From positions 142,352,001 to 142,416,000 of the forward strand of contig NC_042998.1 of NCBI RefSeq assembly GCF_006345805.1: a DNA stretch of 64,000 nt. Reading direction: 5' to 3'. The position numbers and the translations under genes are program-made. This stretch comes from Octopus sinensis. Its lineage: Eukaryota. Under the pieces are notes generated by a model. That model was given only the letters and a program-made list of their open reading frames with translations, was not told where the DNA came from and did no database searches. Positions 28,016-40,784 of this stretch are shown piece after piece; the stretch's first letter is position 1; each line of letters opens with the position of its first letter.

Positions 28016-28529
28016 TAATAGATCTGTACGTATGCATGTTTGTTTTCATATGTATGTATGTTTGTATGTATGTATGAGCGCAGATTGGTACATAGGTAAA
28101 TAGCTAGTGAAACAGGTAACTATATACAAAGACATCTAGGAGGGCAGGTAGATAAGATAAATATGATTACACACACACTGCTGTAGCGAGCTACACGCCT
28201 ACCCGAAATCAAGCCTGTGTTCTCTTCATACTGTTTGCACTAATATATGCATAGTTAGCTGCTTCTGCCCTTCTGTCTCCAGTGCATATCCGTGATTACA
28301 GAGAGGGGGATATGACTTGCAAATATTTTCTTGCTGCATTCGCTAACAGAAATAACAGCTGCATTGAAAAACTGCATATGTATGCAAAATCAATTGTGCA
28401 AACAAAATATATGTACGCACATCTCAGCAGGTATGGAATACATGGCAAATACACTGGATAGCCAAATATATATCGGGTACATACAAAACCATAGGCATGC
28501 AACCACGCTGGTTGTTTTTGTAATAATTT

Positions 28530-28929
28530 ACTCCTTTTTACTCTTTTACTTGTTTCAGTCATTTGACTGTGGCCATGCTGGAGCACCACCTTTAGTCGAG
28601 CAAATCGACCCCAGACTTATTCTTTGTAGGCCTAGTACTTATTCTATTGGTCCCTTTTTGCTGAACCGCTAAGTTACGGGGATGTAAACACACCACCATC
28701 AGATGTCAAGCGATGTTGGTGGGGGACAAACACAGACACACAAACATATACACACACACACATATATATACATATATACGACCGGCTTCTTTCAGTTTCT
28801 GTCAACCAAATCCACTCACAAGGCTTTGGTCTGCCCGAGGCTATAGTAGAAGGTGCCACGCAGTGGGACTGAACCTGGGACCATGTGGTTCATAAACAAG
28901 CTACTTACCACACAGCCACTCCTACACCT
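28530..28929 (-). mobile_element. SINE family B, near full length
   Basis: Reverse complement of 40583-40997 with a small internal deletion. Confidence 0.85.
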
Positions 28930-29089
28930 ATAATAATAATAATAATAATAATAATAAGAAAAGATAAAAGAGATAATAATAAGAGAAGAATAAGAAATAA
29001 AAGAAGAAGATAAGAAGAATAAAAAGAAAAGAAGAAAATAATAATAATAATATAATAATAATAATATATAATAATAATAATAATATAAT

Positions 29090-29320
29090 GATTGGTTTCA
29101 AATTCTGCCACATCGGCAGCATTTGGGGGATGAGATGAGTCGATTACATTGACCCCCAGTGTTCAATCGGAATTATTTTGTCGAAAGGATGAAACCTCGG
29201 CAGAATTTTACCTCGGCGGAAACTGAACAACGACGGAATTTGAACTCAGAATATAGTGACGGGCGAAATACCACTAAGTGTTTTCGTCCGGTGCGCTACT
29301 GATTCTGCCAGCTCGCTGCC
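29090..29320 (-). mobile_element. SINE family A
   Basis: gtcgattacattgacccccagt..gaatttgaactcagaat..gctactgattctgccagctcgctgcctt. Confidence 0.75.
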
Positions 29321-29332
29321 TTAATAGTAATG

Positions 29333-29377
<45 letters not shown>

Positions 29378-29388
29378 GATATATAATA

Positions 29389-29419
<31 letters not shown>

Positions 29420-29459
29420 AGAAGAAGAAGAAGAAGAGAAGAAGAAGAAGAATCCTTTT

Positions 29460-29625
29460 TACTATGGCACAAGGCCTGAACTTTGGGGTGGGGAGATACT
29501 GGATTACATCCACGCCAGTACTCAACTGGTACTTAATTTATCGACCCGAAAGGATGAAAGGCAAAGTCAACCTCGGTGGAATTTGAACTCAGAATGTAGC
29601 GACGGGCGAAAGACCGCTAAGCATT
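29460..29625 (-). mobile_element. SINE family A, second adjacent copy
   Basis: ggcacaaggcc..ctggtacttaatttatcgacccgaaaggatgaaaggcaaagtcaacctcggtggaatttgaactcagaat. Confidence 0.8.
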
Positions 29626-30861
29626 TATATATATATATATACATGTATGCGCATGCATATATATATATATATATTATATATATATAATATATATATATAT
29701 ATATTATATATAATATATATATATATATGTATGCGCACGTGTATAGATACATATGTATATGTATATGTGTGAGTATGCAGGCCTATATAATAGTGCATAT
29801 ACACATTTATATGTATATGCGTGCGCGTGTGTGTATATCTATATACATATTTTTCTTTCTCTCGCTGATTTATCAGTTCTCACTATCACTTAAGCTAGTA
29901 CAATCTCTGACTTCATATAAATGCTTATGTTTATTTTTCAGAAACTTTACCGTTTTATCTTCTTATTCTTCTCCTCCCCTTTTGAGATTTACTACACTTT
30001 TAGCACACCCCTCCATACACATTCTTTATTTTCTCTCCACCTTAGTGCCTTTTCAAACATATCACCCCACCTCTAACTTCTCACACATATTCTTTCTTGA
30101 CATTATTACCTCTTCCCTCTATCCCTCCACCTATTCCATTCTCCCTGCCTCATCACATTATCTTGACCACCATCTAACACTCCTTTTCTCGTCCTCTTTA
30201 TTCTTTCCTCCCCTAATCCTTCTGACCAATACCATTTCTTCCTTCTATCATATTTATCTATTCTCCAGTCTCTTCTCTCTGCCAACTTCCCCAACGAGTA
30301 TATTCTGAAAAATTCATTTACACTACAAGATCCCGTTGAATGAACAGCACATAGAATTAATATCTGCTCACTATCCATTTAGAATAACAAAATATGAACT
30401 CCTATCGGAATTTACATACCATGGACAAGAAGCCACTTTGCCCATTCTACTCAGCACATTCCTTGGATAATGGAACAGCATCTTTAACATCCAACATATA
30501 TTTTTATTCTCATATTCCCCTTATACCTCCTATATCTCTCTCTTTCCAAAATAACTTCTTATACTGAACTCTGCTATTTCCTTCTATTTAACCATCTCAT
30601 ATTGTCTCTGATGATGGGATATCTTTTATATCGCTGAAACGGCTGTAAGACTACCATTCTCTTTATAAACGTCCTAGAAATTTCACACTGTCTTAACTTC
30701 GTTGTCTCATTTTACTTAACATATATACGCTCACACACGATTCGCATTAGACCCCTCACTCATGTTATTATCGAGCCGAGAGTCTAATAGCGGTCTTTCA
30801 GTAGCACTTACATATCCTTGCCTGCCTTTTGGGGCTTCTGGATACTAAAGCCTCTCATATG

Positions 30862-30902
<41 letters not shown>

Positions 30903-31679
30903 TATATAAACTCATAGACATTCCTAATTTAACGAGAGTTAAATGATTCCCTATTACTTGTGGTTTTACGACCTACAGGACACCAACACAGAATTTCTGC
31001 GACCCACGCCATTGCAAGATAATCGTTGGCCCTTCTGTTGACTCGTCTCTTCCTTTGTTCTGTGAGGTTTCTAGTATCTCTTCTCACCAGGCTAACCATG
31101 AAAAGTGACGTTTCAGTTACTGAGGACCCGATTATGTAACAGATTGTATGCTGTGGTGCAGTGCTGAAAAAAAAAGAAGTGAGAGAACACAGTTTGAAAG
31201 TGTTATTCAAATGAGTGGGGGAATTGCAAGTTCGGCAAATCTACACAGCTGTTTTTATGAAAGGGAATGTAAGCTCCCTAGGAAAATTTTTTATCAAACT
31301 GATTTTAATAGTAGGTGAAAAGAGGTGAAGGTTGGAGCTTCAACACTAGGAGCAATGTCAGTTCCTCACTGACCCTTGCACAGACCTAGTTAAATATGCA
31401 GCAATTTTGTTTACAATTTGTCCCATGATGTCAGAGGAATATCATAACAAACTGACGAGCTGAATTCTCCCTAAACTGTACAATACAAGCTAGCAATACA
31501 AATCGGCTTGAAAGCTGTACAATACAAATCACATGAAAATTTGTTAAGATATTAAGAAATTTTCTCTGAACATGAAACCAATTGTAGTCTTAATACACAA
31601 ATAAAGAAATTCTATCCACCTATGCAATGTTGAGAACCCATCCTCATCGGTCGGCATTTACATATATATATATATATAT

Positions 31680-32146
31680 CACTTTAGCTCTTATTTCTAG
31701 CATTGTAGGGGTTCTAATACTTTTAGTCATATTTAATGACAGTTATAGTTTTCCTTTTTGGTGATACATTGCTAAACCGTTGCCTAATTTAATAATTTGT
31801 ATATACATTAGCGATTCGCTAAATCATGCATAAATTTCTTTGATGTAGACATATATACCGGTGGCAATCTTGTCCGGAATCTGGCGAGTTGTGCCGACCC
31901 TACTGAAGAGGTTCCCGTTGTTAAAGCCGAAACTGTCGATGGTATAGGGACATCACGACTGCTATTTTCGGCCGTTTATAGTCGCTGTCAGTCTGTATGT
32001 ATACAATTGTGTGCATTGACTGCAGCATCAAAGCACTTTAGCTCCTATTTCTAGCATTGTAGGTGTTCTAACACCCTCAGTCATATTATAGTTTTCCTTT
32101 TTGGTGATACATTGCTAAACCGTTGCCTAATTTAATTTTATATATA
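31680..32146 (+). repeat. Partial tandem repeat, period 354 bp, containing a hammerhead-like core
   Basis: cactttagctc..ggtgatacattgctaaaccgttgcctaatttaat occurs at 31680-31805 and at 32034-32146; CUGAAGA GGUU..AGCC GAAA CUGUC at 31903-31937 lies between the two copies. Confidence 0.7.
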
Positions 32147-33058
32147 TTGGGTCGTTCCATAAATAATGCGGTTTTTATACTTTTATTTTTCAAAGTCAAG
32201 ATAAAGTTCTTTTTAATCTAAAATATACTCTCCTTCATTCTCTGCAATACTCTTCCATCTATCTGGTAGACTTGCAAAGCCCCTCTTCCAAAATTCACTT
32301 GTCGTGACGAAAAATACTCTTCCAGTACTATTCTGACCTCGTCTACAAAATTCATATATTTTCTGTCCAAATTATTTTGAAAACTGCGAAATAAATGATA
32401 ATCAGATGGGACAATATCCGGCGAATATGGTGGATGGGGCATCGTTTCCCATTCAAACTGCTCCAGCCTTTGGAATGTCATCCTCACTGTATGTGGCCGA
32501 GCATTATCCTGATGAAAAAACGCCTTTCGCCTTGAAATCAAAGATAGTCATTTTTCTTCTAGTGCTGACTTGAATGACTTGTTTAATGACCATATCCAAG
32601 CTTCTCTGCTACTTCCTCAACAGTTATGATGGAATTTTGTTCCACCAAGATTTGCAGAACGTTCTCGTCGAGCCCTACAGATCTTCCGGGACGAGGCTCA
32701 TCTTCTACGCTATATTTTCCGGCTCGGAATTTCTGGAACAACCGTTGACACTGGCTAACGCTTATTTTTCGATCTCCATATACTGCATTAATATTCTTCG
32801 CACTTTCCGTTACGTTGTTGCCTTTTTTGAACTCATAAAGCAAAATATGCTGAACATGCTCCTTTGCCACTTCCATTAAAGCTTTGAAAAAATAACTGTT
32901 AAAATCGAACTGCACTCTTCGAAACTTGCACTAAGAATAAGGACAAAGTAAAATTACTATCTGCTTTTATAGCAAGTTGATGCAGGTAGTTTATCCCGCA
33001 CCCTCCGAATTTTAGTTCATGAACTTGAAAATACAGCATTATTTATGGAAATACCCTA
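32147..33058 (-). mobile_element. Mariner (D34D) element with both TIRs, internally deleted (912 bp)
   Basis: TIRs ttgggtcgttccataaataatgcggtttt and aaatacagcattatttatggaaataccct with TA flanks; HTH segment ILLYEFKKG..EDEPRPGR (32583-32915); HQDNARPH..HPPYSPDIVPSDYHLF (32218-32541); the ITGDEKW segment is absent. Confidence 0.92.
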
Positions 33059-33265
33059 TATATATATATAGAGAGAGAGAGAGACGTATGTATATATGTG
33101 TGTGTATGTATGTGTCTGCGCGCGCAGATGTATACACACACACACATGCGTTTGTGCATGTATGTACAATATATACTAATTAATTGATTAATTGATCTCT
33201 ACGCGTTCTGTGCACGTGATTATGTATTGTACGATTGTGTATGTGCATGTGTGTGCATGTACGCA

Positions 33266-33302
<37 letters not shown>

Positions 33303-33659
33303 CCGGTAACTTAGAACCTGGTATATGTCTACAAGAAAAGTTATCAGTTTCACTCTTTCATGCCAGTCGAGGAATTGCAGAAAGATATCAACATCAACTA
33401 ACTCTACAACACCACCACCACCTCCACCATCGCTCCACCTATCTTCTCGCAGTCTTGAGAAATTTCAAAGGATGTGCTGAACATAATCAAGAATTTAGAA
33501 GTGCCAAATGCGATTGGCATTTTGTAGGTCTTCAACAGATTTTAGACACCAACGACTAGTATGTTTTGATGTGCTACTCTGTGTCGCTACCAAACTTCTT
33601 CAAAAGTCTTCAATGCCAGTATAAGATATATTGGCAACGTTATCAGATGACATTTTGTG

Positions 33660-33830
33660 AAGGCACGTAGCCTCATGGTTAGGGGTGTTACACTCCCAAT
33701 CACAAGATAATGGTTTCTATTCCCCTATTGGGAAGGCATTGTGTTTTTATGTTTAAACACACCATTCCACGTTCCTCCGGCTCACTCAGCTGTAAATGGG
33801 TAACCCTGCGACGAACTGGCGTTCTGGGAA
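33660..33830 (+). mobile_element. SINE family C, diverged
   Basis: gaaggcacgtagcctcatggttagg..ctcactcagctgtaaatgggtaaccctgcgacgaactggcgt. Confidence 0.6.
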
Positions 33831-34064
33831 AGGATTAACAGGTGCAGTGAGTCCTAAGACTATGATCTTTGATCGTTGTAAGGATTCTTTTTTGCCAGAG
33901 TCTCTAGCCTATCCCCAATGTTAGTCAAACACTTTGGCTTCATGGTTAATATTATTAAAGTTTTGAAGGACCACCTTCCTGTATGTTTGTGTGATCCCAC
34001 TGCTTAGTGATCGTACGTATGTATCATTAGCTACCTTATATAAATTGCCTTCATGAACGCAGAC

Positions 34065-34460
34065 ATAGGCACAAGTAAGGCTGTGTGGTTAAGAAGCTCG
34101 TTTACAAGCACATAGTTTCCGGTTCAGTCCCACTGCGCAAGTACCTTCTACTGTAGCCATGGGTGAACTAATGCTTTGTGAGCGAAGCTGGTAGATGGAA
34201 ACTGTGTGGAAGTTTGTGGTGTATATATGTGTGTGTGTAAGAGTATGTATGTGTTTGCGTGTCTTTGTGTCTAGGTTTGTAATTCCGCAGTCATCGCTTG
34301 ACAACCAGTGTTGGTGTGTTGATACCCCGTAACTTAGAGGTCTGGTAAAAGTTAACAGACTTTAAAAAAATAAATACTGGGGGTTGATTTGTTCGACTAT
34401 TCCATTTGAGGCGGTGCCCCAGCATGACTGCAATCGAAGACTGAAACAAGTGAAAGATGA
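34065..34460 (+). mobile_element. SINE family B
   Basis: ggctgtgtggttaagaagc..ccggttcagtcccactgcg..gcttgacaaccagtgttggtgtgtt..gcggtgccccagcatgactgc. Confidence 0.75.
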
Positions 34461-34519
34461 AAGATGTCGCTGGATACTGGTGAACCACATTGACTATAAA
34501 CGTTGATATTATTTGATGG

Positions 34520-34740
34520 CAGCAAATTGGCAGAAGCGTTAGCATGCCCGGAATAATGCTTAGCGGCATTTCGCCTGTTTTAAGTTCTAAGTTCGAATTC
34601 TATCGGAGTCGACTTCGCCTTTCATCTTTTCAAGGTCGATTAAATAAGTACCAGCTGAACACTGGGGTCATTTAATCGACTCCGCCCCCCCCCTTCTCTC
34701 TCCCCCGAAATTACTGGCCTTGTGCCAAAATTTGAAGCAA
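34520..34740 (+). mobile_element. SINE family A
   Basis: ttggcagaagcgttagcatgccc..gttcgaattct..gcctttcatc..ggccttgtgccaaaatttgaa. Confidence 0.8.
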
Positions 34741-35049
34741 ATATTATTTGATAGCAGTCTGACAGCCATCAAGCAATACCTTGTGGCGGGCAGCCTGCCG
34801 ATATAGTACAAATATCTCCGAAAGAACAAGTGTCTTTCAAGGAAATATACTAAAGCCTTGGTTATTCTATCGTACTGGATAACGTTTTAGACAGAAATGT
34901 TTCGGAATATATCTCGATACTTGCTCTTTCATACTTTCCAATGCTCTCTGATGCCAAAATTATTCATGCTTCCCACTGAGGACCCCGCAGTTGACATTAC
35001 CCTTCTAGATGACGTATCATCTTTTAACTTCTACTCGTTTCAATCATTT

Positions 35050-35400
35050 GAATGTAGCAATGCTGAGGCTTTTAGTTGAATGAAACGATCCGACGACTTA
35101 GGCTAAGTTTGGACCTTATTCTATCCAACTCTTTTGCTGGATCACTAATTTACGGGGACCTACACAAACACCTTGTCAAACGGTGGGAAAAGACAGACAT
35201 AGACACAAACACACGTACACCCGCGCACACACATATATACAACAGGTTTCCACACAGTTTCCGTCTACGAAACTCATTCACAAAATATTGGTCAACCCGA
35301 AGTTAGAGTAGAGGACATGTGCCCAAGATATCGTGCAGTGGGAATGAATCCGAAAATAAATACCTGCAAAGCGGCGTTCTTAATTGCACAGTCATGCTTC
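35050..35400 (-). mobile_element. SINE family B, diverged
   Basis: ccacacagtttccgtctacgaaactcattcacaaaat..gcccaagatatcgtgcagtgggaatgaatccg. Confidence 0.65.
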
Positions 35401-35880
35401 CGCCTGCATCAACTGTCATCAACTGTTTATGGTTTTATTTTTGTATCTATTAGTTAGAGAGGAAGACATTGCCCATGAACCCTCACAGGGCCTTCGAGAC
35501 TAATGGGGAAGAGAGGAGGAAGGTGTCTTTAAACATCAAACTTGGCCCAATGTTTGCACAAAAGGAATGACATGGTTTGATCTCAGAAAGCAAAGACTCT
35601 GAACAAATCCCACAAGGTGTCTGATCCGATGCTCTTACAGTTCCGCCAATTCAGCGCTTGGATTGGTACTTTATTTATCGATATCGAAAGGATAAAAGGC
35701 AAAGCTGACTTCGGAAATTGAACTCAAGGTGCTGAGAGTTGGGAAAAATACTACAAAACATACAGTGGTGTGTTAGGATGAGCTTTCAGTTAGGTATCTT
35801 AAAATCAATCAAAAATAATAGTTATTAGCATCAATGTCAAGATGGTTAAAAACAAATATATATATATAAATATAGATACA

Positions 35881-35925
<45 letters not shown>

Positions 35926-35930
35926 TATAA

Positions 35931-35973
<43 letters not shown>

Positions 35974-36170
35974 GACAGAGGCAGAGAGCCAGACAGACAC
36001 ATAAATGGAGAGAAAGAGACGGAAAAGGGAGAAAGACAGATGCAATCAGAGACAGACAGATAGATATTTAGAGAGAGAGTGAGAGAAAGAGATCAAAAGA
36101 AAGAAAGAGACAAACGGACGCAAATAGACAGATAGATAGACAGACAGATAGGTAGACAGACAGGCAGGCG

Positions 36171-36203
<33 letters not shown>

Positions 36204-36411
36204 GCAGGCAGGCTGGTAGGTGGATAGGTAGGTAAGTAGGATTAGTAAATAGGCAGGTAGGTAGATTGGTAGGTAGGTAGGTAGGTAGGTAGGTAGTAGG
36301 TAGGTAGGTATGTAGGTAGGTAGGTAGGTAAGTAGAAAGAGAGAGAGAAGAGAGAGAGAAAGAGAGAGAGAAGCAGAGACAGATCGGTATCTAAGTAGAT
36401 AAATAACTTAT

Positions 36412-36519
<108 letters not shown>

Positions 36520-37626
36520 CGAACAGACAGACAGACAGATATATTTATTCACATGCAGGAAGGAATTCTAGAAAGATACATTTCTGGAGAGAAATGATCG
36601 AGAAAAAATCTAATTAAAGAAGCAATTTATAGAATATATAAGATTTCAAGATATTATTTTCGATTCAGCGTCTATTGCAACTGGCTATGGATGTATGTTA
36701 ACCTGACAAAAATTTGCAGTGGAGACATCGAGTAATACGTGAACTAAGAGATCAGGGTCTTAACCAAGGTCGGTAAACCTAGTACATTGGCCCCTTCATG
36801 GAATCATTGATAACTTATCGACTTCCTTCATGTAAATTTCTAAAATGAAATTTAAATATGATTATCTAAGATTAGAAATGTTAAGACTTCCGTAGTAAGC
36901 AAGCAACAAAAAAACAATTTGAATATTATATTTTGTACATCTGTTTCCTTATTCCTTAATTTCAAATTCAAAATTCTAATCCCACCAAAAATGAAGAAAA
37001 TTTATTATCTCCCTTATACTAACTATCCGCTTGTGGATTGCACATTTTTAATTTTAAAAAATTTTATTTAAAAATAATGATTTCGTCTTTTGAGTCATTA
37101 CCGCTTTTTTAATAAAAAATATTTTTTTAAATGTTATGAAAATATTTAACAAAATTGATAAAGAACAATAAAAATTCAGTGATATTAAATTAATATAGCC
37201 AAAATATTTAATATGATAAAGGTGTTTGGTGCGTGCTACTTTTGATTCGATATTTGGCTGTAAACTAATGAGTTTGGGATTTAAATTACCTACACTCTTC
37301 CAGATTCAATTTGCTAATAAGTCAGCATTCAAATGTTCAAAATCATTTCAGATGTTTATGGACGCTTGGATACCCACATAGACCTGCAGGGTTCAATATT
37401 ACCCACTTTGTCGACCTCTGGTCTACACAGATTCCCAGTGATATTTTCCGTACGTTCAGTAACTGACCACATTGCTAACAATGGTTCAGTTACTATAAAG
37501 ATGAAGCTAAGGTTTTCATTGGACAGTCAACATTGCCTCGGAGAACCATTACTCCTTTATAAGACATATTTTGAGAACCGTCGATGAAAGTGGGTGGACA
37601 TGTGTGTGTGGTGTGTGTGTGTGTGT

Positions 37627-37664
<38 letters not shown>

Positions 37665-37991
37665 TACGTGTACATATGGCGTGTTTATATAGGTATATGT
37701 GTAGCCATGTTAAGTATGTATATATCTGTATACATACATAGTCACAGGCATGGTTGTATGGTTCGAGAAGTTCGTTTTGCAACCACTTAATTTCCTGTTC
37801 AGTCCCAGTGCGTATCCCTTTGGACAAGTGTCGTGTACAATTTTTCCAGGCCGACTAATGCTTTGTCGATGAATTTAGCAATTAGAGAACGGATGAAAGC
37901 CCGTCGCGTGTGTGTCTGTATGTATGTATTTGCGTATGTAAAATTTCAAAAAAGAAAGAATAGAATATACATATAGTATGACTATGTGTGT

Positions 37992-38230
37992 GGAGGCGCG
38001 TGGCTTAGTGGTTAGGGTGTCGGCATCATGATCGTAAGATTGTGGTTTCGATTCCTGGACCGGGCGATGCGTTGTGTTCTTCAGCAAAAACCCTTCATTT
38101 CACATTGCTCCAGTCCATTCAGCTGGCAAAAATGAGTAATGCTGCGATGGACTGGTGTCCCGTCCAGCTGGGGAACACATACGCCATTGAAACCGGGCCC
38201 ATGAGCCTGGCTAGGCTTTAAAAGGGCGCA
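37992..38230 (+). mobile_element. tRNA-derived SINE family C, well preserved
   Basis: A-box tggcttagtgg, B-box ggtttcgattcc; body gttgtgttcttcagcaaaa..gctccagtccattcagctgg..gcgatggactggtgtcccgtccag, the last motif resembling the V-SINE central domain. Confidence 0.85.
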
Positions 38231-38513
38231 TTTATTATTTTTATTTATGAATATGTGTAGATACAGGTTATACCGTCATAGATTTTCTAAAACCGTCACA
38301 GATTTTCTAAAACCGATTGGGATGCTGTTTGCATTCTGTTTAAAACTATTGCAAGTCGGCAACAGGCTGGAAAGACGTGTGCTAAGAAAGAAATTCCAGT
38401 GAGAAAACATTGAAGGAGAGAAATGGCGATCTCTTTTGTTGATGACATATGACATTTTCGCAATTTCTTGCTGAACAGCCTGCGCAAAAGATTTGTTTAC
38501 ATTGATCAAATGT

Positions 38514-38737
38514 TTGTTATTTCTTTACTGCCCACAACGGGACAAACAAGGGAATTAAGTCGATTATATCGACCCCAGTGCGTAACTGGTACTTAATTTA
38601 TCGACCCCGAAAGGATGAAAGGCAAAGTCGACCTCGGCGGAATTTGAACTCAGAACGTAACGGCAGACGAAATACCGCTAAGCATTTCGTCCGGTGTGCT
38701 AACGTTTCTGCTATCTCGCCGCCTTTTTTCCCGCCAA
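38514..38737 (-). mobile_element. SINE family A variant with alternative 3' tail and 15-bp target site duplication
   Basis: ACATTGATCAAATGT at both 38499-38513 and 38738-38752; family A body; tail ccttgtttgtcccgttgtgggcagtaaagaaata. Confidence 0.85.
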
Positions 38738-38759
38738 ACATTGATCAAATGTATGTGCT

Positions 38760-38960
38760 GTACATTAGCTCACTCCTTCCATCAAATCGACATGGCCTGT
38801 ACAGGTGCACAGTGTGCCATACGTCAGACGTAGAAGTGATTGCAAAGCAATGTGAAATGAAATGGTTTGCTCAAAAACACAACGCATTACCCGATCCTAG
38901 AATCGAAACCACGACAATGCGTTCGTGAATATAACACTTTAACTACCTTGCCACACACCT
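38760..38960 (-). mobile_element. SINE family C-related
   Basis: gctcaaaaacacaacgcattacccgatcctagaatcgaaaccacgac is the reverse complement of the family C head. Confidence 0.65.
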
Positions 38961-39090
38961 TTACAAAAGGAAAATAGAGTATGGCCATTAGTGCGGAACC
39001 TGAGTGGTTGGACACATATATGTAAAGAAGAGAAATATAGACAAAGTAGTATGAAAAAATAATTACGACTATATAGCGTTATGTATAGGT

Positions 39091-39230
39091 GTGAATATTT
39101 GTGAATGGTAGCGAATGCTTGTGAACGCTTGTGAATGGTAGTGAATGTTTGAGAACCTTTGTAAATTACAATGAATGCTTGTGAATGGTTGTGAATACTC
39201 GCGGATGCTTGTGAATGCTTGTGAATGGTG
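39091..39230. repeat. 10-bp minisatellite, consensus GTGAATGCTT, about 14 units
   Basis: Units in exact 10-bp phase: gtgaatattt gtgaatggta gcgaatgctt gtgaacgctt ... Confidence 0.85.
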
Positions 39231-40239
39231 CTATGTAAGATCTTTTATAACTATGTATAGTTGCGTGTGGTAGTGTATTAAGCATAACTTGTATAAGTAT
39301 GAGCAGATTTTGTTGTTGCGTTGTGTTGCTGCTTGCTGTTGTTGCTGCTGCTGATGGTGATGCTGATGAGGATGATGCTGTTGTTTAACCCCGATCAGCC
39401 TTGACTAAGTAGACCTATAACCAAAGGCATTCGAACTTTGACCACTATATTTTTTTAGTCGGACATATACGTGTATATGTGGGTTTATGATTGTGAATTG
39501 TTTCCGCTATTGTCGTTAATGATGTTGTTGTTGTTGTTGCTGCTGTTACTGCTGCTGTTGCTGTTGTTGTTTTTGTTACTGCTGCTGTTGTTACTGATGT
39601 AATTAACACTGACCGAGAAGACCTATGAAATATTTTTGCGTCTCAGGGACCAAATGCTTCAATGTATTCTTCCTTTAAGGTGTGATTTGAGGTAGATTTT
39701 GTTGTTCTTTCTAGCAGGTCGAGTATAGAAGCCTCTTCGTTGGTTCTTATGTATAGGTCTTGCATATGTGGGTAGTTATATGCAAGCGTGTACGGGTTAG
39801 TGCGAGTGCGTATGAATATGTATGAATGTGTGAGGGTGCGTATGTGGTGCGTATGGGTGCGAATTATTCCTTCTGTATAGAAGAATATCTTGACATTCCT
39901 AAAATAGCCGAGGAAAAAGGTTGAAATATGAAGAACACAAAAGTAAAAGTGACACCAACGCTTATAATGTAAGGTTTATGGGAGAGAAAGAAACAAAGAG
40001 AGTAAGTGAGACAGACTAGTGGGGACGGGTTACACATGCAGATATAGGGAGGGAGAGATGAGAGGAGAGAGGAGAGACATTCTTTTATGCATGCAGACAG
40101 GCAAGATAGTGTCGGTGCGAACTGCAGACAAGATTACGAGACAGATTACGAGACAGATCAATATGGAGGCGCAAGCATGCGACGGTGATATGACATAGTT
40201 TAAAGAGGAGGAGAGAGGCATAAAAATGTTGTTTGTAAA

Positions 40240-40276
<37 letters not shown>

Positions 40277-40582
40277 CAAACAGATAACAAGCCAGAAGAG
40301 AAAGAGACATACACACGTTAAAGAGAAGTGAACTGACTGACAAACGGGTAAACAAATAAGCAGACAGACAAACACACAGAAAGGGATGCAGTCAGATTAC
40401 ACACCAGAGTAGGAAGAAGTGACAAGGAGTGATACACATGTAAAGAGAGGCGTTCTGACAAACGGGAAAACAAACACACATATAGACATACATACGTACA
40501 TAAATACATGAATACGTACACACACACACACACCACACACACACACTCACATACATACATACATACATACATACATACTACA

Positions 40583-40753
40583 GGCGCAGGAGTGGCTGTG
40601 TGGTAAGTACCTTGCTTACCAACCACATGGTTCCGGGTTCAGTCCCACTGCGTGGCATCTTGGGCAAGTGTCTTCTACTATAGCCTCGGGCCAACCAATG
40701 CCTTGTGAGTAGATTTGGTAGACGGAAACTGAAAGAAGCCCGTCGTATATATG

Positions 40754-40784
<31 letters not shown>

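Noticed and set aside
30250-30480. Possible GIY-YIG remnant on the minus strand (..CK*IFQNILVGEVGREKRL)
   Set aside because: Several stops, and the adjacent low-complexity tract has the opposite strand bias to the other Penelope copies; unresolved.
33364-33560. Candidate exon with polyPro or polyHis
   Set aside because: Depends on a short (CAC)n tract; no convincing donor, and the frame is ambiguous.
37992-38070. tRNA gene (also similar heads at 59030-59101, 40583 and about 325-345)
   Set aside because: A and B boxes are present but run into SINE bodies, with no acceptor stem closure or terminator; these are SINE heads.
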